The translations under genes and the position numbers were made by a program. A stretch of 64,000 nucleotides of DNA, taken from NCBI GenBank assembly GCA_963771175.1, contig CAVYSY010000040.1, forward strand, positions 288,001 to 352,000, given 5' to 3'. Below are positions 33,339 to 43,065 of this stretch, in pieces (position 1 is the first letter of the stretch; each line of letters begins with the position of its first letter). The stretch comes from an uncultured delta proteobacterium. GTDB lineage: Bacteria; Myxococcota; Myxococcia; Myxococcales; Myxococcaceae. The notes below the pieces were generated by a model. That model was not told the origin of the DNA and ran no database searches. It saw only the letters and a list, made by a program, of their open reading frames with translations.

Positions 33339-36300
33339 GTGCGGCGCCGGCGCGAGCTCCTCGGGCGGGGGGGGAAGTGCTGCCCGCTGTCCCAACATGC
33401 GAGGTATCTCGACGTGCGCAGTGTGCTGGAAGAGCTTTCCGAAGGAGTGCCATCCAGGACGGAGCTGTCCGCGGATGCCGCCGCGTTGGCCGAGTTGGTG
33501 GCGCACCAGCGCGCGTTGGTGGAGCGGCTGCGTCCGTGCGCCGCGGAGCACTGTGCCGAGCTGACCGCACACGAGCGCATCCTCGAGTTGTTGCTCACCA
33601 CGCTGCACCGGGCGGCTCCGGCCACGGCGCCCCGGGGACATACCCCGCTGCAGAGCGCCTGGCAGCTCGTGGAACCCTTCCCCTTCTCCGTGCCCGAGTC
33701 CCACCGGCCTCGCGGCGGACGCGCGGTGACGGTGGCCAAGCGCGCTTTCGTCGAGGGCCTGTCGCCGCTGCACACCGAGGTGCTGCGCCCCCAGCGCGAG
33801 TTCAATCGGCGGCTGCTCGGGGTGTTGGAGCAGTTCTCCATCCATCGCACCCTGGGGTTGAAGGCCGAGCTGGGCGAGTGGATCTCCGGTCAGCTGGACG
33901 GAGTGGCGGAGCCCTTCCACTGGAAGGTGCGGTCGCACCGTACGGGGGCCGTGGGCACGGCGGTGATGCTGGTGAAGCGCTCCTACCTGTGGACGCTGGG
34001 GCCAGTGCTGCGGCGGGCGCTGGAGAGGCAGTCGCGCTTCAACCAGGGCATGGTGGAGGCGCTGTGCGTGCTCGCCTCCCCGGGGTCCGGAGTCGCCGAG
34101 GCCGAGCGGCGCGTGGCCTTGCTGGAGCGGCTGGCGGATCCCGTGGCAGGAGAGGATCGTCCGGCCTGGATGCGCGCCACGGTCCCCCTCTGGCGTGAGC
34201 TCCTGCGGCGGCAGGCCCGTTTCAATCAGGAGGCGGTGCTGGCGCTGGCGGACATCCTGGGCGTGCGCTCCGCGCCTCCGGCCCCTCCGTCGCTGGAGGG
34301 CTATGGGGAGTGGTGCGAGCGCCACGAGCCAGCCCAGGTGGAGGCGGCGGCCCGGGCGGCGGCTGCGTGCTCGGTGCGCCCACGCTTCTCGCTTGTCGTG
34401 CCGGTGCTGGACACGCCGGAGTCGCTGCTGCGTGCGTGTGTGGATTCGGTGCGGGCCCAGAACTACCCGGAGTGGGAGCTGGTGGTGGTGGTGGACGGCG
34501 GCGCGCCCCGCGTGTCGGCATCGCTGGAAGCGCTGGCCCGCGAGGATGCGCGCATCCGCGTGCTGCATCACGCAGGAGGCGTCGTTTCGATGACCCAGGC
34601 CGGTCTCGTCGCGGCCACGGGGGATTTCGTCACCTGTCTCGAGCCGGACGGCCAGCTCGCACCGCATGCTCTGGCCTCGGTGGCGGTGCGCCTGGCGCAG
34701 GAGCCGGAGGTGGAACTCGTTTATGCGGACGAGGATCGCCTCGATGCTGAGGGGCGGCGGCACACTCCGTTCTTCAAGCCGGACTGGTCTCCGGATCTGC
34801 TGCGCTCGGTGGATTACCTGGGCCGCTTCCTGGTTGTACGCCGTACGTTGATGGAGGAAGTGGGCGGGCTGCGGGAGGGCTTCGACGGCGCGCACGGCTA
34901 CGAGCTGGCGCTGCGGTTGAGCGAGCACTCGCGCCGCATTGCCCATGTGCCCCAGGTGCTGTCCCACGGACGGGCCCGGCCGGGTGCCGGCACGCCGGGG
35001 AGGGGTTGGACGGACGCGACCGAGGCTGGAGTGCGTGCCCTCCAGGAGCACCTCGCACGTCTGGGTGAAGCCGCGGCGGTGGAGCGCGCTGCCCCCGACG
35101 CGTATCGTGTCCGCTACGCGGTGAGGGGCCGGCCCAAGGTCTCCATCATCGTCCCCTTCAAGGACAGAGCGGACCTCCTCGACACGCTCACGCGTACCCT
35201 CCTGGGGAAGACGCGTTACGAGAACTACGAGCTGCTGCTGGTCTCCAACAACAGCACCCGGCCGGAGACGTACGCGCTGCTGGAGCGGCTGACGGACGCG
35301 CGCATCGTCAAGCTGCGGTGGGATCACCCCTTCAACTACCCGGCCATCAACAACTGGGCGGCGAAGCAGGCCACCGGGGAGCTGTTGCTCTTCCTCAACA
35401 ACGACATGGAGGTGGTGGACCCCGACTGGCTGGAGGAGCTCGTCTCCCAGGCCCAGCGTCCCGAGGTGGGCGCGGTGGGGGCGCGGCTGCTCTTCCCGGA
35501 GGGGACGCTGCAGCACGCGGGCGTGGTGGTGGGGCTCACCGGCTTCGCGGGGCACCCCTTCTGGCGGCTGCCGGACGGGGGCTGGTGGACGCCCTTCGGC
35601 CATGCGGACTGGACGCGCAACTACCTGTCCGTGACGAGCGCCTGCGTGGCGATGCGCCGCGAGCTCTTCGAGGAGCTGGGTGGCTTCGACGAGCGCTTCC
35701 AGGTGTGCGGCAGCGACGTGGAGATCGGCCTGCGGCTCAACGCCCGGGGCCTGCGTGTCGTCTACACCCCGTACGCCCGGCTCCTCCACCACGAGTCCGC
35801 CAGCCGCCGCGTGGACGCCATCCCCGAGACGGACTACTGGCTCTCCTACGCCGCCTACCGGCCCTACCTGCGCACGGGCGACCCCTTCTACAACCCCAAC
35901 CTCACGCTGCTGGGCACGGACTGCACGCCGCGCGAGGACGCACGCCGGGGTGAGGAGCTGGCCGTTCAGACCCTCTCGAGGGATCTGCCCGGCGCGCTCG
36001 AGCCCCAGGTCACCACCCGGGCCCGCCAGCAGCGTCACGTGGCCGAGCACCTGCTCGACGCGCTCGACCACACCCCGGAGCAGTCGCGGGCCTCGCGCGA
36101 GGAGGAGCCCCGGCGCCTCCAGGCGCTCCGGGCGCGTGGTCGGCTGGAGCGGGTGACGTGGTTCGTCCCCTCCTTCGGCCACCCCTTCGCTGGCATCCAC
36201 ACCATCTTCCGCTTCGCCGAGGGACTGGAGCGGCGCCACGGCGTGCGCAGCGACTTCGTGGTGTACGACAAGCCGGAGGCCCAGGCGTCGGAGTTCGCGG

Positions 36301-37215
36301 GGCGGGTGGCCCACATCCTCGGCCGGCCGGACGCGCCCTTCCGCGTGCTGAAGCGGCCCGAGGAGGTCGCGGAGCTGCCGGAGTGCGATCTGGCCATCGC
36401 CACCTGGTGGACGTCCGCCTACCGCGTGCTGCACCACCCGAGGGCGGCGGCTCGCGCCTACTTCGTCCAGGACTACGAGCCGCTCTTCATGCCCGCGGGC
36501 ACGTTGTCCGCGCTGTCCGAGCAGACGTACCGCCTGGGCTTCTACGGCATCTTCAACGCGCCCCGGCCTGAACGACTACGTCACCGCCCGCTACCCCATG
36601 ACGGGATGCGCCTTCGAGCCCACCGTGGACCACTCGCTCTTCCACGACCGGCGCCCCGTGCGCTCAGGGCCCGCGCGCGTCTTCTTCTACGGCCGGCCCG
36701 GCAATGACCGGAACGCCTTCGAGCTCGGCCTGGCGGCGCTCTCCCGCCTCAAGCGCGAGCTGGGCGCGGCGGTGGAGATCATCTCCGCCGGCGCGGCGTG
36801 GACGCCCGAGGACTATGGGGTGCGCGGCGTCATCCACAACCTCGGCGTCCTGCCGTACGAGCAGACCGCCACCCTCTACCGTGAGTGCGACGTGGGGCTG
36901 TGCTTCATGCTCACGCATCATCCTTCGTATCTGCCCCTGGAGATGATGGCCAGCGGCGTCACCGTGGTGACCAACGACAACCCTTCCAACCACTGGCTGC
37001 TCGAGGACGGGCGCAACTGCCTGCTCGCGGAGCCCACGGTGTCCGGTGTGGTGTCGGCCCTGCGCCGGGCCGTGACGGAGCCCTCGCTGCGGGCTCGACT
37101 GGGGACCGAGGCCTCGGCGCGCATCCACCGCACCACCTGGGATTCCGAGGTGGATTCCGTGATGGCCGCGCTGCTGGGCCACCCGGCTCGGTCCGTCCGT
37201 GCCGGCGCGCTTTGA
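33339..37215 (+). CDS. Multidomain O-antigen glycosyltransferase (N-terminal repeats, GT2, GT2, GT4; RfbC/WbgA-like); start uncertain; frameshift near 36560
   Basis: FSLVVPV...VYADED...FFKPDWSPDLL; VSIIVPFKD...LLFLNNDMEV...LQHAGVVVG; then ATWWTSA, YFVQDYE, FFYGRP..RNAFELG, PLEMMASG. Confidence 0.88.
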
Positions 37216-37457
37216 TACCTGTCGTGCGCTGGGAACACGGATTCCCGAGCGAGAGAGCGAGCGGGAAGGGCGGTCTGGCGCATTATTCCGCCTGTCATCC
37301 ATGCTTCCTTTCATCCAGAATGGGACGACGGTTTCATGCGGGACTACGTCATGGGCGCGGTGAATGACCTTGAGAAGTTGGCGGTGGTTTCGAGTGGTCG
37401 GACCTGTGCCTGGGGCGGGCTTGACCGGCACTTTGGGTGCAGATAGTTAGCCTCGCT

Positions 37458-37919
37458 ATGGCCAGCCCCAACGACTCGCGTCAGAACGTGCCTGTCAGCG
37501 CTCTCCACCTGCTTCGCGTTCTCGCTGAATTCGCGGATGCACGTCGCGGCATGCCCATCACTTCCCACCGGGGTGGCGTCGTGGGTTCCGCAATCGTGGG
37601 CACCAAGAAGCTCTTCCGGCGCGCGTTCCAGCCCTTCCTGAACGAGGCGCTGATGCGGCAGGCGAACTTCAACGAGCACCTGATGAATTGGGCGCACGCG
37701 ATGCATCGCGAGGTCCGGACGTTGGAGAGCGCCACCCTGGCCGTGCAATCGCGCCTCGACGGCCGTGTCCGTGCGCTGGAGGACCGGCTCGCCCGGATGG
37801 AGGCCGAGGTGGCCGCGAGCCGTGCCCAGTCCCCGGTCGATGGCGGCAACACGGTCGCGACGGCTTCCCTGGCCGGGACCTCCGAGGTGAACGGGCGGGC
37901 CTCACGGGTCGCCCGCTGA
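37458..37919 (+). CDS. Small hypothetical protein: SHR...QxxFN module plus coiled coil
   Basis: TSHRGGVVGSAIVGTKKLFRRAFQPFLNEALMRQANFN; clearly similar to 49440-49880. Confidence 0.8.
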   Translation: MASPNDSRQNVPVSALHLLRVLAEFADARRGMPITSHRGGVVGSAIVGTKKLFRRAFQPFLNEALMRQANFNEHLMNWAHAMHREVRTLESATLAVQSRLDGRVRALEDRLARMEAEVAASRAQSPVDGGNTVATASLAGTSEVNGRASRVAR

Positions 37920-37948
37920 AGGTGCACGGCCGCAGACAAGAGAGCACA

Positions 37949-39394
37949 ATGAGCCACAGCAACAGGAGTACTGCGGTGTCGGACCTCGAGCCAACCGACC
38001 CCCAGCACGATGAGCAGTCTCCGAAGGCCGAGCTCACCCCTCCCCATGCGAAGGCCTGGAATGGCCAGGAGGCCGTTCGCTGGATGCAGGAGGCCGCCAG
38101 GAGCGATGCCTCCGGGTTCGCTGTTCCCTCGCAGGCCGAGGAGTGGCTGAAGGCGCGGCTCGAGGCGCACCTCGCGCAGGGCCGGGACGAGGTGCGTGGC
38201 CTCCGGGCGCGCCTGGACGAAGTGCTCAAGGAAGTGAAGGAGCTCCGCCGCCCGCCGTCCCCGCCCTTCGTGGAGCCCTCGGCCTGGCTCAACCGGCTTC
38301 CGTTCCTGGGCCGCCGCGCCTCCGGGCAGACGCAGCCCGTGAGCGCGAAGCAGGCGGGCGCCCAGGTCCGCGAGCCGGAGAAGCTGAATCTTCCCTTCGG
38401 CGGTTTCGCGGCGCGTGCCTCGCACGGGACGCCGCTGGAGTTCGCGGAGGGCCGGCCGGAGGTGGTCTTGCTCTGCCACCCGGAGTGGCGTGGCATCCGG
38501 GCGGCGACCTACGGACAGGGCAGCCATGTCCTCGAGGTGCCCGGCATTGAAAGCGAGGAGCAGGCGGAACTGCTGGCCACGTTCCTGGAGCACTGCGGGA
38601 CCCGGCGGCTGGTCATCAACGGCTTCCCGCCGGGCTCCGGGCTGCTTGCGCGCACGATCCAGCGCCGCCAGACGGGCACCACGGTCGATCTCATCTACCA
38701 CGGCACTCCCGCGCAGGTTCACTTCCGCGAGGACACCGTCCTCGAACAGATGCTGCAGCTCGCCGATGAGGGCGCCCTGCGCAAGCTCGGCTTCGTCAAG
38801 GGCGGGCTCGCCGAGTTCTTCCGGGGCCTGGGCTATCGGGCGGAGTTCGTCATGAACTTCGCGCGCATCCCCACGCGGCCGGCGAATGTCATGCCTGGTC
38901 CGGACGGACGGCTCCACATCGGCGTGTTCGCCCCGAACATCAGCCACAAGAACGTCGAGACGCAGATCCTGGCGGCGTTGATGATCCCCGACGCGGTGGT
39001 GCACGTGTGCGAGATGCCGCCGATGGCCTATCTGCGGAATCGGGATCGCATCGTGGTGCACGGCATCCGCCCCCACGCGGAGTTCATCAAGCTGCTCGCG
39101 ACCATGCATGCGACGCTCTACGTGTCGCTCGTCGAGTGCTACCCGATGACGGTGCTCGAGAGTCTGGCCATGGGCGTGGTGTGCCTGACCAGTCACTCCT
39201 CCGTGCTCTTCGACAACGCGCCGGACCTGTTCCGCGAGCTGGTGGTCACGGATCACGACAATCCTCTCGCGATCGCCCGTAAGCTCTCCGCCGCGCTCGA
39301 GCGCCGCGGAGAGCTCGTGCCCAAGGCGCAGGAGCACCTCGTGCGCTTGAACGAGCTGGCCGAGCGGCGATGGCAGGAGTTCCTGGCCGAATGA
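37949..39394 (+). CDS. GT-B (GT4-like) glycosyltransferase with N-terminal coiled coil
   Basis: HKNVETQILAA, YVSLVECYPMTVLESLAMGVVCL (EX7E motif). Confidence 0.8.
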   Translation: MSHSNRSTAVSDLEPTDPQHDEQSPKAELTPPHAKAWNGQEAVRWMQEAARSDASGFAVPSQAEEWLKARLEAHLAQGRDEVRGLRARLDEVLKEVKELRRPPSPPFVEPSAWLNRLPFLGRRASGQTQPVSAKQAGAQVREPEKLNLPFGGFAARASHGTPLEFAEGRPEVVLLCHPEWRGIRAATYGQGSHVLEVPGIESEEQAELLATFLEHCGTRRLVINGFPPGSGLLARTIQRRQTGTTVDLIYHGTPAQVHFREDTVLEQMLQLADEGALRKLGFVKGGLAEFFRGLGYRAEFVMNFARIPTRPANVMPGPDGRLHIGVFAPNISHKNVETQILAALMIPDAVVHVCEMPPMAYLRNRDRIVVHGIRPHAEFIKLLATMHATLYVSLVECYPMTVLESLAMGVVCLTSHSSVLFDNAPDLFRELVVTDHDNPLAIARKLSAALERRGELVPKAQEHLVRLNELAERRWQEFLAE

Positions 39395-40740
39395 AGCACG
39401 TTGTCTTCGTGACCTACGAATTCCACCCGGTGAATCCCGGCGGTGCCGGCGTGTTCATCGCCGGTGCGGTGCGGGAGCTCGCCCGTGCGGGCTACCGGTG
39501 CACCGCGCTGTGTGACCTGCCCGGGCGCGAGATCGACGCGGCCAACGCCAGCCTCGCTCGTGACGACCTGCGTCCCGGCTCGGTGCGCGCCGTCAGCGTG
39601 AATTCGCTCACCCCCTCCTGGCAGGGGAGCGCGGACCGGAGCATCTTCGAGGACAAGAGCGAGCGCTTCGCCGAGGCGGTGATCGCCCTGCACGCGCGTG
39701 ACCCGATCGATCTCGTCGAGCTCCCCGAGTACGCGGGCATGGCGCTCGGGACGCTGCGCCGGCGGCTGGTCGGCCGCGTCCTCCAGGACGTCCGGGTCGC
39801 GGTCCGCATCCACGGGTCGCTGGAGTTCATCGATCAGGCCGAAGGGCTCCCCCTGACCCATTCCCGGCTCCACATGCACCGGATGGAGCATCTGGGACTG
39901 AAGCTCGCGGACATGATCTTCGCGCCGTCCCGGTCCATGGGCAGGTGGTACGCCGACTATCACGGGTTCGATGCGGCGCGGCTGATCGAGTCGCCGCCGC
40001 CGATGAAGACGCTCCTGAAGGGATTTCACCGGACCGAGCGGCTCGTCGATCCAGGCCATTTCCTCTTCTACGGCAAGCTGCAGGAGGTGAAGGGCTGCGA
40101 TGTGTTCGCGGCCGCGGCGGCCTCCCTGCTGGCCACGCGCTCGGACCAGCACTGGCGTTTCACGTTCGTGGGGCGCGACATCCACTGCGAGGTCCACCAC
40201 CGGCCCATGTCGGCCTGTCTGCTGGAGATCCTCCCGCGCTCGCGACGGGACGCGTTCGAGTTCATCCCGGCGATCACGCGGGAGCAGCTCTTCGAGCTCG
40301 CGAGAACGCCCATCGCCGCGGTGGTCCCCTCCCGCTTCGAGACGTTCTGCCTGGCGGCCCACGAGCTCCGGGCGGTCGGCCTCCCGCTCCTGGTCCCGCG
40401 CATCGCGGGGTTCGTGGACTACCTCAATGAAGAGACGGGCTGTCTGACGTACGACGGCACGGCGAACGGACTCCTGCAGGCCATGCTGCGCATCCGGGAG
40501 GAACCCGGCCTTCATGAGAAGCTCTCCTCGCGGCCGACGTGCGTGATTCGTCCGTACGAGGACGCGTATGGCGTGGCGCTCGACCAGCCGCCTCGCGGAG
40601 ATCCGCTGGAGCTGGAGAGCTCCCTCCGGTTCCACGAGCTGCGTGCGCTCGATGCGTTGCGTGCGCCGCCGCCCCAGCCGCACCAGCCCCCTGGCGTCCT
40701 GCGGCGCATGAAGAACCGGCTGGGTCTGGGCCGCGAGTAG
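39391..40740 (+). CDS. GT4 glycosyltransferase
   Basis: VFVTYEFHPVNPGGAG, FYGKLQEVKG, VPSRFETFCLAAHE. Confidence 0.88.
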   Translation: MKHVVFVTYEFHPVNPGGAGVFIAGAVRELARAGYRCTALCDLPGREIDAANASLARDDLRPGSVRAVSVNSLTPSWQGSADRSIFEDKSERFAEAVIALHARDPIDLVELPEYAGMALGTLRRRLVGRVLQDVRVAVRIHGSLEFIDQAEGLPLTHSRLHMHRMEHLGLKLADMIFAPSRSMGRWYADYHGFDAARLIESPPPMKTLLKGFHRTERLVDPGHFLFYGKLQEVKGCDVFAAAAASLLATRSDQHWRFTFVGRDIHCEVHHRPMSACLLEILPRSRRDAFEFIPAITREQLFELARTPIAAVVPSRFETFCLAAHELRAVGLPLLVPRIAGFVDYLNEETGCLTYDGTANGLLQAMLRIREEPGLHEKLSSRPTCVIRPYEDAYGVALDQPPRGDPLELESSLRFHELRALDALRAPPPQPHQPPGVLRRMKNRLGLGRE

Positions 40741-40761
40741 CGGGGCGGGGACGCCTCGGTC

Positions 40762-42900
40762 TCAGCGGCGCCCGCGGCCCAGCTGCTCCGCCGTGCGGCG
40801 CAGCGCCTGGTGGACGAAGCCGATGCGCTGCTTCACGGCATCGTTCACCTTGTCCACCAGCCGGTAGCGCAGGGGCTTCTCCATCGCCTGGTGGAGCCGC
40901 TCCTGCTGCTTCTGCATCTCGCCGAGCTGGATGCGCAAGGTCCTGTTCGCCTCGGCCGGCAGCTTCGGGTGTTTCTGGTTGAGATAGGCGATCAGCGCGT
41001 GACGGGACCGCGTGGCCTCCGTGCGAGTCATCGAGTCCGGACGCATGCGGTAGTGGAAGAGGAACTCGGGGATGACCATGCCCTCGTAGCCGCGCTCCGC
41101 CATCGCGCAGAAGACGTCCCAGTCCTCGAACGAGGTCAGCCACTCGTCATAACCGCCGAGCTCCTCGACGAGCTTTCGCTCCATCAGCGCCGTGCAGGTG
41201 GAGGCCACGTTCTCCAGGCAGAGCGCGTCGCGCTCCATGCCCCAGGGCACCCAGCCGCCGATGGGCTTGCGCGGATCCTCGGTGAAGTAGGACACCAGGG
41301 CCGTCGTGTAGCCGACCTTCGGCGAGCGGCTCATCACGTCCACGGCCTTCTCGAGGAACGTGGGCGACAGCAGGTCGTCCGGATCCACCGGGAGGATCCA
41401 CCGTCCCCGGGATTCACGCAGGCCCGCGTTGCGCGCCGAGCTCAGCCCGCCGTTCGGCTTGCGGATGATGCGCAGCTTGGGCGTGCCCTCCAGCTCGTTC
41501 ACGAGCCGCTGGCTGGCGGGGTCCGTCGAGCCGTCATCCACCAGGACGATTTCGTAGTCCTCGAAGGTCTGCTCGCGCAGGGAGCGCAGCGTCTCCGGGA
41601 GGTAGCGCCCCATGTTGTAGTACGGGACGATGATGGAGACGTCCGGTGCCTGCCCCGGGGCCTTGCGGGGAGTGGGGCGCGGCGGCCGGGGCTGGCGGGA
41701 CGCGGCCAGACGCGCGAGGAGCTCCGCGCTCCGCGCGACGAACCGCTCGGGTGCGCAGTAGGTGGCGATGCGCCGCGGTGCCTCCTGGCGCACCGTGCGC
41801 CGCAGGGACTCGTCCGTCAGGGCCCGCTCCAGCACCTCGGCGAGCCGGGCCGCGTTCCCCGAGGGGAAGAGCAATCCGCTCCTTCCGTCCTCGATGAGCT
41901 CCCCCATGCCACCGGCATCGCTGCCGACGACGACGGCTCCCTCCGACATGGCCTCCAGGCATACGTTGGGGAAGTTCTCCCAGATGGAGGGGAAGCAGCA
42001 GACGGTGGTCTCGCGGATGGCGGGCAGCAGCCCGGCGCGGGGGCGCGGCGGTTCGAAGTGGAAGCGGTCCCTCCATGCCGCGGAGATGCGGCGCTCCAGC
42101 CACTGCTGCATCGAGCGGCCGAAGGGCCCGGTGGACGTGTCGGCCCCGATGAGTCGCACCTCCACGTCGAGCTGCTTCTCCAGCAGCCGCTGGGCCGCGT
42201 CGATGAGCACGTGAATACCCTTGCGGTACTCGATGCCGCCGAAGAAGAGGATGCTCGCCCGGCCCGTCCTTTCGTGCGCGGGCTCCGTCCGCGGGCTCGT
42301 GGCGGCCTCGGTGACGAAGGGGGAGGGGATGACCGCGCTCGGCTGCTGCAATCCCAGCCGCCGCGTCACCCGCTCCAGCAGCGAGTGCGTGGGGGACAGG
42401 ATGACGTCCGCCTCACGGAGGGACACCTCCTCCTGGTACTCCAGGGAGGCGCTCTCCATGTCGAGCGCCGCGATGTGATTGAGCTCCTGGCGGTCCCGGC
42501 TCGGCGTATGGAGCCGCACGGCGAGCAGCGCGGAGCCGAACTGTCCCAGCGTCCTCTTGGCCCGGATGGCGAAGGCGCCCTCGCCCCCGAGCTCCGGGAA
42601 CTCGATGAGCTCGAACGGGTGCCGGGCGTGGAGGTCCAGGAGCGTCTGATGGACGCTCATGGCGTACTGCATGGGGGCATTGCGGCATGCTCCAGGCGCG
42701 GCGGAGCCGTCGTACTTCACCAGGTGGACCCGCACCGAGGGATACAGCTCGCCTGCCTGCTGGAGGCCCGGAGGGAGATCGGTGAGGACGTGGACCTCAT
42801 GCCCGCCGGCCACGAGGGCCCGGCAGGCCTGTGCCACATAGGTACCGACTCCCTCTCCGTGGACGGGGGAGAACTCCTTGGAGACAAGACAGATACGCAC
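40762..42900 (-). CDS. Bifunctional GT4 + GT2 glycosyltransferase
   Basis: GGIEYRKG, FPSIWENFPNVCLEAM; VSIIVPYYN, VDDGSTD, NGGLSSARNAG, VDPDD, FEDWD. Confidence 0.92.
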   Translation of the reverse strand: MRICLVSKEFSPVHGEGVGTYVAQACRALVAGGHEVHVLTDLPPGLQQAGELYPSVRVHLVKYDGSAAPGACRNAPMQYAMSVHQTLLDLHARHPFELIEFPELGGEGAFAIRAKRTLGQFGSALLAVRLHTPSRDRQELNHIAALDMESASLEYQEEVSLREADVILSPTHSLLERVTRRLGLQQPSAVIPSPFVTEAATSPRTEPAHERTGRASILFFGGIEYRKGIHVLIDAAQRLLEKQLDVEVRLIGADTSTGPFGRSMQQWLERRISAAWRDRFHFEPPRPRAGLLPAIRETTVCCFPSIWENFPNVCLEAMSEGAVVVGSDAGGMGELIEDGRSGLLFPSGNAARLAEVLERALTDESLRRTVRQEAPRRIATYCAPERFVARSAELLARLAASRQPRPPRPTPRKAPGQAPDVSIIVPYYNMGRYLPETLRSLREQTFEDYEIVLVDDGSTDPASQRLVNELEGTPKLRIIRKPNGGLSSARNAGLRESRGRWILPVDPDDLLSPTFLEKAVDVMSRSPKVGYTTALVSYFTEDPRKPIGGWVPWGMERDALCLENVASTCTALMERKLVEELGGYDEWLTSFEDWDVFCAMAERGYEGMVIPEFLFHYRMRPDSMTRTEATRSRHALIAYLNQKHPKLPAEANRTLRIQLGEMQKQQERLHQAMEKPLRYRLVDKVNDAVKQRIGFVHQALRRTAEQLGRGRR

Positions 42901-43065
42901 GTTCGCCTCGCGACTGGATACGTCCTCCTACTAGGAAAGCCCCCCGCCTTCCCAGCGGAGCGATCCGGAGACGGACGCTTGCCTGCCTCATGCGGTGCCA
43001 CATGTGGAACGGCCTGGTCTCTTGGGCTATACGTCGCCCCCGTTTTCGGAGAAAGCCCCCCGCGA

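Noticed and set aside
37375..37450. ops-like GGCGGTGG, a sigma54-like CGGCAC-N-TGCA and TTGACC-N17-TAGTTA upstream of 37458
   Set aside because: Each is an imperfect match that is easily found by chance in GC-rich DNA; the sequence alone cannot distinguish them.
40810..43065. N-terminal half of the 1488-aa ORF 40810-45276
   Set aside because: It is antisense to the GT4-GT2 gene; only 43066-45276 looks coding.
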